Shown: positions 19,379-28,860, counted from the stretch's first letter. The stretch: DNA of 64,000 nucleotides from Deinococcales bacterium (GCA_031414595.1 JANNVX010000004.1:1-64000), one strand, 5' to 3'. Numbers and translations: made by a program. The notes: a model not told the origin generated them from the letters alone.

Positions 19379-21136
19379 GTGAACAGTCTCTTTCAAATCA
19401 GTCGTTATACTTTAGGCGTTCTGCTTTGTACCATTTTTGTTGCCTGTACTTCGCTCCAGACAAGCGAACCGAGCAGAGAATTTATTCTGACTGTTAATTT
19501 AATTGCAAATGACACCGAGCAAGGCTTAATAAGTCGTTATGGTGGCAATCTGCTTTCTTTTAACCCAAAAGCAGGGTATGCAGTTCTAAAAGTAAATACA
19601 CCACCAGTCAGCACCGATTTGGCAGTCAAGCACCTCGAGCCAAATATTAAAATTGGTTCTACCGACGCTAAAATTAGTCTTGACCGTCCAAACATCACCA
19701 CCCAAGGCGCAAGCACCGGCATGGCTAGTGTTGGTATGAGTGGTTGGGCTACATGGTCAAGTGGTTGGGCTACATGGTCAAGTGGCGAGACACTTCCGCG
19801 TATGCCTCTGCAAACCAGTGGTGTTTATATGAATTCTCGAGTTCCACAAGCCCATGCGATTGCCCGTAATTTTGGGGCTGGTGTGATTGTGGCTGTTTTG
19901 GACACGGGTGTAGACGTATATCACCCAGGGATTTTTGGGCGTTTAATCGAACCTACCAAGCGTTGGAATTTTGTGGACAATAATAATAATGTCAATGAAA
20001 TCAGTGGAGGCGCAGGGTACGGACACGGTACAGCTGTGACTGGCATTGTTTTACAGGTTGCCCCCAAAGCCACAATCATGCCACTTAAGGTTTTAGATGC
20101 AAATGGGGCTGGCGACTTAGACAACGTGATTGCTGCGATTGACTATGCGGTCAAAAATGGCGCTCGAGTAATCAATATCTCTTTGGGTTCACATCAATTT
20201 TCAGATGCCCTATGGACAGTGATTAACAATGCCATCGAAAATAAAGTTTATGTTGTGGCGGCTGTAGGAAACGAAGGGCAATCTAATTCCGCCGATTACC
20301 CGGGGGCGCTAGGCTATAGACGACCAGGTTATATGGTTGGGGTTGGCAGTGTCAATGCTGACGACCAATTGTCGAGCTTCACCAATCGTGGCGGAGATGT
20401 GTTTATGTACGCTCCGGGTGAAAATGTTCCAACTTTAGCCCCAAATTTCCAAACTGCTAATGCCACAGGTACTTCGTTTTCCACACCTCTGGTGGCGGGA
20501 GCATTGGCTTTGGCTTATGGTGAAGCCACAACTTCAGAAGCCCGAGAAGGTATTGGCAATACATTATGGAATTCTAACGAGCGAAATCGTTTATGGTGGC
20601 GATTTTATAGAAATGCGTTCATTTGTGACCTTTTAGGCAATACTTGGTGTCATAGCGAAGGTGGACTCGACGTTGAAAGGTTACTTTTGCAAATGTCTGG
20701 TTTTGTCCCGGCAGTCCAAAAAAGCACCGTGGACTTTATTCGCAATGGCAACTTTGAACTTGGTGGGTTACAAGGTTGGACATCCTCTAGTTTTGTTGGC
20801 TATGACTACAACTCATTTTCAGGGGATTACGCGGCGGCAATTTATGGCACAGGCAACCTTAGCCAAAAAATAACTGGCTTAACCCCAAACACCACTTATC
20901 GCTTAACCGGGTGGACGCAAGTGAATAGACTGACTTCTTCGGTTCGTTTTGCGGTTCGTAACTTTGGTGGGACTTCGGTCATTGCTTCTAGTAATCAATT
21001 TAGTTTTGGGAATCTAAAACCACTCAGTCTAATCTTCACCACAGGTTCGTCGAGTACCACGGCTGATGTCGTGATTGAAAAAACTTTAGGAAAAGATATA
21101 GGTTGGATTGATCTTGTGACCCTCACCCGCAACTAG
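19379..21136 (+). CDS. S8 (subtilisin-like) serine peptidase lipoprotein with a C-terminal carbohydrate-binding-like domain
   Basis: Triad motifs VLDTG, HGTAV and GTSFS; lipobox FVAC; C-terminal NGNFE..W domain. Confidence 0.9.
   Translation: MNSLFQISRYTLGVLLCTIFVACTSLQTSEPSREFILTVNLIANDTEQGLISRYGGNLLSFNPKAGYAVLKVNTPPVSTDLAVKHLEPNIKIGSTDAKISLDRPNITTQGASTGMASVGMSGWATWSSGWATWSSGETLPRMPLQTSGVYMNSRVPQAHAIARNFGAGVIVAVLDTGVDVYHPGIFGRLIEPTKRWNFVDNNNNVNEISGGAGYGHGTAVTGIVLQVAPKATIMPLKVLDANGAGDLDNVIAAIDYAVKNGARVINISLGSHQFSDALWTVINNAIENKVYVVAAVGNEGQSNSADYPGALGYRRPGYMVGVGSVNADDQLSSFTNRGGDVFMYAPGENVPTLAPNFQTANATGTSFSTPLVAGALALAYGEATTSEAREGIGNTLWNSNERNRLWWRFYRNAFICDLLGNTWCHSEGGLDVERLLLQMSGFVPAVQKSTVDFIRNGNFELGGLQGWTSSSFVGYDYNSFSGDYAAAIYGTGNLSQKITGLTPNTTYRLTGWTQVNRLTSSVRFAVRNFGGTSVIASSNQFSFGNLKPLSLIFTTGSSSTTADVVIEKTLGKDIGWIDLVTLTRN
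19739..19785 (+). repeat. 21-bp in-frame tandem repeat (SGWATWS x2) in the S8 gene
   Basis: AGTGGTTGGGCTACATGGTCA repeated twice, then AGTGG. Confidence 0.9.
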
Positions 21137-21165
21137 GCAACCCAAGACCCTCAAGGCGAAACCAT

Positions 21166-22218
21166 ATGACTAATCAAAGCCAAATTCAGGAACTCAATCA
21201 AACGGCTTGGCAATTGCGCCACACTGACCGTAAGGCTTGCGAAACACTCAGTCGCCAAGCTCTAGAATTGGCTGAATCGAGCAACGATAAAATCGGTCAA
21301 GGTTTTGCCTTGCGCTCCCTCGCTCATTGCTGTGTTACAACTGGACAACCCGAACAAAGCCTTGAATTACTAACCCAAGCCCTCGAGATAGCCCAAACCC
21401 AACAAAATCAGCTACTCGAGCGTGACTGCCTAAATTTGCTGGCAGGGGTTCATAACTGGTTTGGTGATTTAGAACGGGCTGTTGGTCTGGTCAGCCAAGC
21501 CTACCGCCTGAGTATGCTCCTACAAGACGATGCCCAAATTAGCTCATGCTTAAACAACATCAGTCTGATGTACCACCAACTCGGTCAAAACCTGACTGCC
21601 CTCGAGTACGCCCAAGAAGCCATTCAACAAGCCGCCAACACGGGCGACCAAGTACGTGAGGCTATCGCCCTGTCAAATGCAGCCTTGGCATTAAGTGGAT
21701 TATCCCAATTTGCAGAAGGTTTAAGCGCAATCGAAAAATCACAAACCTTCTGTCAAGAACTTGGTCTCGAGGAATTACAACTCCGCAACCGAGTCAACCG
21801 AATCGAAATCTTGATTGGCTTAGAAAACCTTGCAGAAGCCCAGTCCGAAGTGAGTCAATGCTTAGAAATAGTACGCAGCCTTGATATTGCCGAAGGCGAA
21901 GCCCAGTGTTTGCTGCTGCAAAGCCAGATTCATCTAGCCCAAGCCAATTATAGCCAAGCCCAACAAACCGCAAGTCTTGCCCTCGAGATTGCACGCACCG
22001 CTAAAATGCGTGGACTAGAAGCCAAAATTTGTTCTGAACTTGCCCAAGCCAATAAAGGCTTAGAGCAGTATGCCATTGCCCTCGAATACACCGCCCAAGC
22101 CCAAGCCATCGAAGCCGAAATGCGAACCGAAGGCGCACACCGTCGGATGCGAACCTTATCTAAACTCAATCTGGTGGATCGGCTCGAGAGTTTACTGCGC
22201 TTGGAGCGGGTTAGTTAA
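21166..22218 (+). CDS. Stand-alone tetratricopeptide repeat protein
   Basis: Successive ~40-aa MalT/RRNPP-like TPR units with no recognisable output domain. Confidence 0.85.
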   Translation: MTNQSQIQELNQTAWQLRHTDRKACETLSRQALELAESSNDKIGQGFALRSLAHCCVTTGQPEQSLELLTQALEIAQTQQNQLLERDCLNLLAGVHNWFGDLERAVGLVSQAYRLSMLLQDDAQISSCLNNISLMYHQLGQNLTALEYAQEAIQQAANTGDQVREAIALSNAALALSGLSQFAEGLSAIEKSQTFCQELGLEELQLRNRVNRIEILIGLENLAEAQSEVSQCLEIVRSLDIAEGEAQCLLLQSQIHLAQANYSQAQQTASLALEIARTAKMRGLEAKICSELAQANKGLEQYAIALEYTAQAQAIEAEMRTEGAHRRMRTLSKLNLVDRLESLLRLERVS

Positions 22219-22294
22219 ACCAAAAATACTAAAAGCCAAATGAACCTGCTGATTTTTGTGCAAAACCCTTGCAATTTCACCTATGCTCTTAGGT

Positions 22295-23002
22295 ATGAAG
22301 AACAAACGGGTTGAACTGCTTGGCTTACCTCTGGATTTAATCACGCTCGAGCAGACCCTCGAGTTACTTAGCACTTGGACAACTGATGCGACCTCGAGAA
22401 AAACCGTGGTCACCTCTAACCCAGAATTTATTGTCCAGTGCCAAACAGATACGGTTTTTGCCTCCGACATTCGCAATGCCGATTTAATCACTGCTGACGG
22501 TATTGGTATGGTGCTGGCAGGTAAAAAATTTGGTTTGAAAGTCCCTCGAGCCACAGGAGTGGATATTGCTCGCGGTATCATGCAAAAACAAGGCTCGAGT
22601 CTACGGGTTTTTTTCTTAGGGGCAAAACCAAATGTGGCACAACTTGCCGCCGAGACCTGTGCTGCACTTTACGGAATTCAAATTGCTGGGGTGCAAGATG
22701 GGTACTTTACACCAGACCAAGAAGCCGAAATTGCTAAGCGGATTCTCGAGTCAGAGGCGCATTTGGTACTGACTGGTTTAGGGGCGGGCAAACAAGAACG
22801 ATTTAATGAACAACGTCTAGCCAGAGTTTCAATAGGTTGTGGTGGCACAATAGATGTCTTGGCGGGTGTTGCTCCACTTGCCCCACAATGGATTCGCGGC
22901 ATTGGTTTTGAATGGCTGTGGCGAATCGTCAAATTTAAGCGCTGGCAGCGTGGCTTAAAACTGCTCGAGTTTGCGGGACTTGTCTTAACCCGACCCAATT
23001 AA
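22295..23002 (+). CDS. WecB/TagA/CpsF family glycosyltransferase
   Basis: NPEF, ADGIG, ATGVD, GKQE, GGTID and AP.W..EWLWR motifs; leaderless TATGCT. Confidence 0.92.
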   Translation: MKNKRVELLGLPLDLITLEQTLELLSTWTTDATSRKTVVTSNPEFIVQCQTDTVFASDIRNADLITADGIGMVLAGKKFGLKVPRATGVDIARGIMQKQGSSLRVFFLGAKPNVAQLAAETCAALYGIQIAGVQDGYFTPDQEAEIAKRILESEAHLVLTGLGAGKQERFNEQRLARVSIGCGGTIDVLAGVAPLAPQWIRGIGFEWLWRIVKFKRWQRGLKLLEFAGLVLTRPN

Positions 23003-23204
23003 GCTATAATCAAAGGCGTGCATAGGTTCAAAGTTCTACCACTCGTCTCGAGTTCATGGGGCTTGGTACTGTGCGCTCAGAATTTGATGGGGACAAACAC
23101 CCACCCAATTTGTGAAGTCTTTTTTTATACCCCAATCACTTAAATCCTTCGAGAAAATGTAGGGCATTTACCGACTTAACGAATTTTTTCTAGGAGGCAC
23201 TATT

Positions 23205-24365
23205 ATGTACGAGGCAAAACCCGAGCATCACTTTACTTTTGGACTTTGGACAGTAGGCAACATCGGACGCGACCCATTTGGCAATCCAACCCGTAACCCA
23301 CTGACTGCACCGTATATTGTCCATAAACTGGCAGAATTGGGTGCGTATGGTGTGAATTTACACGATAACGACCTAATTCCCATAGACGCAACCCAAGGTG
23401 AACGCCAACAAATTTTGCGTGATTTCAAAAAAGCCCTCGCCGACACGGGAATGAAAGTCCCAATGGCAACCACCAACTTATTTTCCGACCCTGCCTTTAA
23501 GGACGGCGCATTTACCAATGCCAATGCCCAAATTCGTGGTTATGCCATCCAAAAAGCCATGAACAGCATGGACTTGGGCGCAGAACTCGGGGCAAAAACC
23601 TATGTTTTTTGGGGAGGACGTGAAGGCGCAGAAGTAGACGCTGGCGGCAATATGCTCAATGCCCTTAGCTACATGCGTGAAGCCATGAATTACTTAGCTG
23701 AGTACAGCCAAGACCAAGGCTACGGCTTTAAGTTTGCGCTCGAGCCAAAACCCAACGAACCTCGCGGCGATATTTACTTTCCTGTGGTTGGTTCGGCACT
23801 GGCTTTTATTTACACCCTAGATAAACCAGAACTTTTTGGCTTAAACCCAGAAGTTGCCCATGAAACCATGGCTGGCTTAAATTTTGTTCATGCCATCGCC
23901 CAAGCCATAGATGCTGGAAAGCTCTTTCATATTGACTTAAACGACCAGAAAATGGGGCGTTTTGACCAAGACTTGCGCTTTGGTGCAGAAAACATCAAAC
24001 AAGCCTTCTTGCTGGTTAAGCTGCTCGAGGACACGGGCTACACAGGCATGAAACACTTTGATGCCCACGCCCTTCGCACCGAAGACGAAGCTGGGGTCTG
24101 GGCTTTTGCCAAAGGCTGCATGAGGAATTACTTGATTCTTGCTGAAAAAGCCAAGCGCTTTAACGATGACAAAGAAATTCAAGCCCTGCTCGAGCATTAC
24201 CACTTCAAAGACCCAGCAGTCTCGAGCTTAACTGCTAAGTACAGCCCAAGCAATGCTGCCACCCTAAAAGCCCATAGCTTTGACCGAGTTGCATTAGGCG
24301 CTCGTGGACCCGGACTAGAACTGATTGACCAATTGACGATGGAACTCTTGATGGGCATTCGCTAA
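23205..24365 (+). CDS. xylA: Xylose isomerase (Thermus/actinomycete type)
   Basis: [33 protein letters not shown] and [17 protein letters not shown]. Confidence 0.97.
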   Translation: MYEAKPEHHFTFGLWTVGNIGRDPFGNPTRNPLTAPYIVHKLAELGAYGVNLHDNDLIPIDATQGERQQILRDFKKALADTGMKVPMATTNLFSDPAFKDGAFTNANAQIRGYAIQKAMNSMDLGAELGAKTYVFWGGREGAEVDAGGNMLNALSYMREAMNYLAEYSQDQGYGFKFALEPKPNEPRGDIYFPVVGSALAFIYTLDKPELFGLNPEVAHETMAGLNFVHAIAQAIDAGKLFHIDLNDQKMGRFDQDLRFGAENIKQAFLLVKLLEDTGYTGMKHFDAHALRTEDEAGVWAFAKGCMRNYLILAEKAKRFNDDKEIQALLEHYHFKDPAVSSLTAKYSPSNAATLKAHSFDRVALGARGPGLELIDQLTMELLMGIR

Positions 24366-24423
24366 ACCTACCACTCGAGTTATTATTCTCATGATTGTCT
24401 GGGTACGATAGCTCGAGTTTTTT

Positions 24424-25047
24424 ATGAAAATCATTTCTTTGATGCGCGAACCAATCAACACCATCACCCACGGAATCGGTGCGGTTATGGCACTTCTTTT
24501 TACAATCCTGATGCTGGTTTTATCAAACGGCAACTGGATTAACTTGGTGTTTGGCGTAAGCATGATGGTTTGTTACATCGCCAGTACCCTGCACCACGGC
24601 ATACGCTCGAGTGAAAAAATTGAAGAATGGCTGCGCCGCCTTGACCACAGCGCTATTTACTTACTGATTGCTGGAACGTATACCCCAGTTTTATGGCATG
24701 TTCTCGAGGGCGAGACCCGTTTGTACTGGTTACTTGGCGTTTGGGGTGTGGCAGCTTTTGGTGTGCTGCTGAAAACCTTGACCAGACCACCCGAATGGTT
24801 TTCCTTAACAATTTACATCGGCATGAGTTGGTTCGCCATTATTTTACTGCCCAAGTTTATCGCTGGCTTACCATTGGCTGCCTTCATCGCCTTGGTGATT
24901 GGTGGGCTTTGCTACACCCTAGGTGTACCGTTTTATGCTCTAGGCAGACGGGTTCTCAAAAAAGGTTTATGGACATCCCATGAAATCTGGCATTTATTTG
25001 TACTGGCGGGCAGTGTTAGCCATTTTGTGATGGCAATCAATCTCTAA
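24424..25047 (+). CDS. Hemolysin III family (PAQR) membrane protein
   Basis: N.ITH, STLHH, RRLDHSAIYLLIAGTYTP and HEIWH. Confidence 0.93.
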   Translation: MKIISLMREPINTITHGIGAVMALLFTILMLVLSNGNWINLVFGVSMMVCYIASTLHHGIRSSEKIEEWLRRLDHSAIYLLIAGTYTPVLWHVLEGETRLYWLLGVWGVAAFGVLLKTLTRPPEWFSLTIYIGMSWFAIILLPKFIAGLPLAAFIALVIGGLCYTLGVPFYALGRRVLKKGLWTSHEIWHLFVLAGSVSHFVMAINL

Positions 25048-26689
25048 GCTGAGGACGGGTACAATTACGCCCAGCGTTCTTGGCGGAGTACATCGCTCGG
25101 TCAGCAATTTCAAAGAGCTTATTTTGATGCGCCACAGAAACATCGTCACACCAACCTAAACTGATTGTCACGCTTAAATCAGGGTGAATATCGGTCATGT
25201 CGGTACGGGCAATCACCTCCCGAATTCGTTCGCATAAACGGTAAACCGCTAAACCACCAATTCCGGGCAGAATTAAAGCAAATTCCTCACCACCATAGCG
25301 AGCCACCAAATCATGACTTCGGCACTGCTCAGATAAAATTTTGGCGATGCGTTGCAGCACCAAATCCCCAGCAGCATGTAAATACTTATCATTGACCAAC
25401 TTAAAATGATCGATGTCGAGCAAAACAATGCTCAGTTTAGAACGGGTTTCGGTGGCTTCTAAAAAAACTCGAGCCACAAAGGTTTCTAAAGTGCGGCGAT
25501 TGGCTAACCCAGTCAGGGAATCCTCGCTGGCTTGACGATCCAATTGCACATTTAAGCGGGTTAATTCCTCAGAACGCTGCTGATACCACAGGGCTTCACG
25601 GCGCACATTCTCACGTTCTATTTTAACCGCCAAAGCCTGAGATTGCCGTTCGGCACTTTCGGAACGCACCAACGAATCGAATTTATGAAACATTTCAAGA
25701 TGCTGTAAGGCTAACTCAAACTCAGAACGAGCCTTAAAAACCTTATAAAATTCTTTATGGACATCCGACAGGTATTTTTTAGCCGTATTGACTTCAAAAT
25801 GGGCTTTTGCTTGACTTAAATGTCCTAACGCCGCCTCGAATTGGCGTTGCAGTGCAAAAACCCGTCCAAATTGCAATTCGCATTCACCCAAAGACTCGAG
25901 CGACCCATAACGCTGGGCATGAACCATCCCTTGCCCAACTGCCAATTCTGCTGCCACAAAATCTTCTAAACCAGACATGATTTTAGACTGAATAATATAG
26001 GCTTCGGATAGTGTTGCCTGATCATCCGCCCGAATCAAATAAGTCAAAGCCAATTCGAGATGACCCAAGGCAAGCCTAAAATCCTCTTCTTTGGTTGGCT
26101 GATTTTTTTCTTCAATGATGGCATTGGCTAATGCCATTAGCGCACCACCCTCGGCTCGAGTCCGCCCCATTTTTTGCGCCAAAATAATTGCTTGATTGGC
26201 ATAATCAAAAGCAAAACTCCAATTTTTTAAGCACCGATGGGTCTGACTTAAGTAAATTAAGCTGGCTAAACGTCCACCATCAATGCCATGGGTATTGGCG
26301 ATTTCTAAGGCTTCTTCAAAAATACTTAAAGCATCAGAAAAGTCGCCCAAGTCTTGGTAAACCACGCCAATTTCCATCTGACACGCCAAGGCATTTGAAA
26401 AAGCACCATGCAAAAAATAAGTATCACAGGCTAAAAATAAATTTTTTAGCGCATTTTTAACATCAGACCCTCGAGCATGAACCTTACCAATCATTCGTAA
26501 GCCAAACGCATGAACTCGAGGGTTATCGTTGATTGAAAATTTCAATAACGCCTCACCAAGTTCACGCTGTTCTTCTTTGGTGCTTTCAGCAAACTCGATA
26601 TACACCGTATTGGTCAATAGCCGAATATCCTCATCAGATAAAATCTGCCGAAAACGATTGACGGCACTTTGAACATTAGTTTTCATCAT
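25037..26689 (-). CDS. TPR-containing diguanylate cyclase (GGDEF)
   Basis: N-terminal TPRs, coiled coil, DSLTGLANRR, DIDHFK.VND, I-site RSHD, active site GGEEF. Confidence 0.93.
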   Translation of the reverse strand: MMKTNVQSAVNRFRQILSDEDIRLLTNTVYIEFAESTKEEQRELGEALLKFSINDNPRVHAFGLRMIGKVHARGSDVKNALKNLFLACDTYFLHGAFSNALACQMEIGVVYQDLGDFSDALSIFEEALEIANTHGIDGGRLASLIYLSQTHRCLKNWSFAFDYANQAIILAQKMGRTRAEGGALMALANAIIEEKNQPTKEEDFRLALGHLELALTYLIRADDQATLSEAYIIQSKIMSGLEDFVAAELAVGQGMVHAQRYGSLESLGECELQFGRVFALQRQFEAALGHLSQAKAHFEVNTAKKYLSDVHKEFYKVFKARSEFELALQHLEMFHKFDSLVRSESAERQSQALAVKIERENVRREALWYQQRSEELTRLNVQLDRQASEDSLTGLANRRTLETFVARVFLEATETRSKLSIVLLDIDHFKLVNDKYLHAAGDLVLQRIAKILSEQCRSHDLVARYGGEEFALILPGIGGLAVYRLCERIREVIARTDMTDIHPDLSVTISLGWCDDVSVAHQNKLFEIADRAMYSAKNAGRNCTRPQLRD

Positions 26690-26721
26690 AAATAAAAGAG
26701 GTTTGGGACATGCCCAAACCT
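26690..26721 (-). terminator. Terminator-like hairpin between the peptide gene and the TPR-GGDEF gene
   Basis: Minus strand AGGTTTGGG-CATGT-CCCAAACCT followed by CTTTTATTT and then the GGDEF ATG. Confidence 0.7.
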
Positions 26722-26739
26722 AAAAGACCTTTATTAAAT

Positions 26740-26916
26740 CTAGCAATCTCCATTACAAAAACCCTTGGCTTTCGGTTTAGACGGTTCTGGTGAATCTGGT
26801 GGGTCTTGATACGCGCCGACTTCTGCTCTATCCCAACGATCACCTTTTGCCAATGCTGCTGGTAATGCAATTAAGCAAAACGCTAAACCAATTCCGAATA
26901 GCAACCTTTTAATCAT
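26740..26916 (-). CDS. Small secreted peptide precursor (58 aa), absent from the ORF track
   Basis: MIKRLLFGIGLAFCLIALPAALA-KGDRWDRAEVGAYQDPPDSPEPSKPKAKGFCNGDC*; GGGGG SD 6 nt upstream; Sec-type signal peptide with an ALA cleavage site. Confidence 0.8.
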   Translation of the reverse strand: MIKRLLFGIGLAFCLIALPAALAKGDRWDRAEVGAYQDPPDSPEPSKPKAKGFCNGDC

Positions 26917-26943
26917 TTTGTACCCCCGTTATAGTTCTTATAC

Positions 26944-26991
26944 CTTACCAAGTAAATACTTACAAAGACCTTACTAAAAAATTTTGTAAGA
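26944..26991. promoter_or_regulatory. CTTAC-rich operator candidate upstream of the peptide gene
   Basis: CTTACA(26959)-N20-TGTAAG(26985) plus extra CTTAC copies; resembles 19305-19334. Confidence 0.5.
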
Positions 26992-27089
26992 ATTACAATC
27001 CCATTGTTTCAGACAACAAGAATAAGAACTGATTGGATTTGCAAAAAATAATGTGAGAGACTTTATAAAAACCATGCCGCCATATCAAC

Positions 27090-27117
27090 TTGACACCAGA
27101 CAACAAAAGGCTATACT
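27090..27117 (+). promoter_or_regulatory. Promoter of the T-box leader
   Basis: TTGACA-16 bp-TATACT. Confidence 0.8.
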
Positions 27118-27123
27118 CGAGAC

Positions 27124-27375
27124 GGGAAGAGTACCGAGTAAAAGCCCCCACAGAGAAGTGTTCCATAAGCTGAGAAGAACACTGGGAAAGCCGCAAGGGA
27201 ACGTCACCCAAGCAACACCGAGGAAAGAAAGCCTAACCGCAATTAGAATCCTCTGGGTGCGCCCATCACAGCGCGTTTGAGCGCTCGAGACAACTCGAGA
27301 AAAGCGGTGGTAACGCGGGAGCGATTTTTTTCAAAAAACGCCATCTCGTCCGCAGATTTTACGGACGAGGTGTTT
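27124..27375 (+). ncRNA. T-box riboswitch, valine specifier
   Basis: AGTA/GAA specifier loop with GTC at 27203-27205; CAGAGA AG bulge; GCTGAGA distal loop; T-box GCGG-TGGTAAC-GCG (27304-27317) able to pair with CGTCCGC; competing hairpin CATCTCGTCCG/CGGACGAGGTG (27342-27372). Confidence 0.9.
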
Positions 27376-28332
27376 ATGTTCACAAAGTATGCCAATTTTG
27401 AAACCGCCCAAGCCCATGCCAAACAGAACGGTACTCGAGAACGTGTGGTGTGTTACATCACCAGAGGACTCGAGTTACTGGTTTTTCTTCACGAAGCCAA
27501 GTACCCAACGGCTGGAATTCAAGTTCCAGCCGGCGGACTCGAGGCAGGGGAGAGCATTTTTGAAGCTGCTATCAGGGAAGCCTTTGAAGAGACTGGTTTA
27601 CAGAACCTCGAGATTAAAACACACCTTGGTTCTGGACTGTACAAAAATGGCAAAAGGCACGAAATTTGGCATTTTGTCTGGCTAACGCTAGGGCAGGGCG
27701 AGGCATACTGTCTTGACCCTAAAGATGCACCTGTCGGGCTGGGTCGCCTCGCCCCTACGGTGAATGAATGGCAACATTTTGCTGAAAATAAATACACTTT
27801 TTACTGCCGTTTTGAACTGCTCGAGAATGTGGTTTTGCATTACGATATGGATGCTATGCTGCCCGAACTAGCACAGCGGCTTGGACTCGAGTTGCAAAGT
27901 CGGCAAACAAAGCCTCGCTCTGTTGCGATTTGTTACATCACACGCGGTTCGGAAATCCTGACTTTTAGCGGACATCCAGACGGCGGTATTGGCATACCTG
28001 CTGGTGGCATTGAAGACGGCGAAACGCCATTAGAAGCTGCCATGCGTGAAATTCTTGAGGAGAGCGGGCTGAGTCTCGAGAATCCGATTTACCTTGGACG
28101 GCAAGATTATTATTTTAAGGGGCAGCACCCAGAAAATGGTACGCCGCTCGAGTTTCTTGAGGACAGGTATTACTATTGGTTTAAGACACTCGAGCCGAGG
28201 GATTCTTGGGAGTGGGTTGTGTCGGATGGTGTTGGCGATAAGGGCAAGGTTTTTAAGCATTCGTTTGTGCCGCTCGAGGAAGCAAAGATTGATTGGGAAA
28301 TGGATGAGTTTATGGGAGAACTTAAGCAGTAG
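27376..28332 (+). CDS. Tandem NUDIX hydrolase
   Basis: Two Nudix boxes (GGLEAGESIFEAAIREAFEETGL; GGIEDGETPLEAAMREILEESGL); contains an in-frame REP-derived insert. Confidence 0.9.
   Translation: MFTKYANFETAQAHAKQNGTRERVVCYITRGLELLVFLHEAKYPTAGIQVPAGGLEAGESIFEAAIREAFEETGLQNLEIKTHLGSGLYKNGKRHEIWHFVWLTLGQGEAYCLDPKDAPVGLGRLAPTVNEWQHFAENKYTFYCRFELLENVVLHYDMDAMLPELAQRLGLELQSRQTKPRSVAICYITRGSEILTFSGHPDGGIGIPAGGIEDGETPLEAAMREILEESGLSLENPIYLGRQDYYFKGQHPENGTPLEFLEDRYYYWFKTLEPRDSWEWVVSDGVGDKGKVFKHSFVPLEEAKIDWEMDEFMGELKQ
27696..27758 (-). repeat. GTAG-type REP carrying a 39-bp internal insertion, in frame in the Nudix gene
   Basis: Minus strand GTAGGGGCGAG[39 bp]GTATGCCTCGCCC, the same arms as the purL REP. 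Confidence 0.8.
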
Positions 28333-28373
28333 CCCAACTAGCCAAAGCCTCAAGTATCGAGAAAAAAGGATGT

Positions 28374-28820
28374 ATGAACCAAAATTTGATCATCACAGAT
28401 GAATTTTCGAATCCAGATTCCGAAATGGAATACCTAAGTGATTATCCTTTAGATGCCAAAGCTCGAGCCAATGCCGAACAGTGCTGGCAATGCGGTGGTT
28501 GCTCGTATTTTTCACCATTTACTACAAGTTATGGTTTGTGTCACAACCAAAATTCAAGGCATTATCTCGAAACTGTTTTTGAGCATTTTACCTGTGCTGT
28601 TATTGATATTGAATCGTGGGAATACCATAGTTTTGGTGCTGGAGAAATCACAACTGAAATTCCAGAAAATGAATTGGATGCAAATGTTTGGGAAGCTGCC
28701 AAAAATGCGGTGCTTGCGTTGAAATCACATTATCCAGATGGTGAATCACATGATGCTGTTAAACTGGTTTATAGAGTTTTAGACAACAAAGTCAAATTTG
28801 TTCTTGAAAAGAAATTCTAG
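28374..28820 (+). CDS. Cys-rich hypothetical protein (DUF3027-like)
   Basis: QCGGCSYF...YGLC.N..S.....VFEHFTC pattern. Confidence 0.65.
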   Translation: MNQNLIITDEFSNPDSEMEYLSDYPLDAKARANAEQCWQCGGCSYFSPFTTSYGLCHNQNSRHYLETVFEHFTCAVIDIESWEYHSFGAGEITTEIPENELDANVWEAAKNAVLALKSHYPDGESHDAVKLVYRVLDNKVKFVLEKKF

Positions 28821-28860
28821 AGCCAAAGCATCAGGCTCGAGCCTCGAGAAAGAAGGAATC

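Noticed and set aside
26690-26940. Possible c-di-GMP or other riboswitch in front of the GGDEF gene, suggested by the 5' terminator hairpin
   Set aside because: No recognisable aptamer motifs; the region is better explained by a signal-peptide ORF with its own SD
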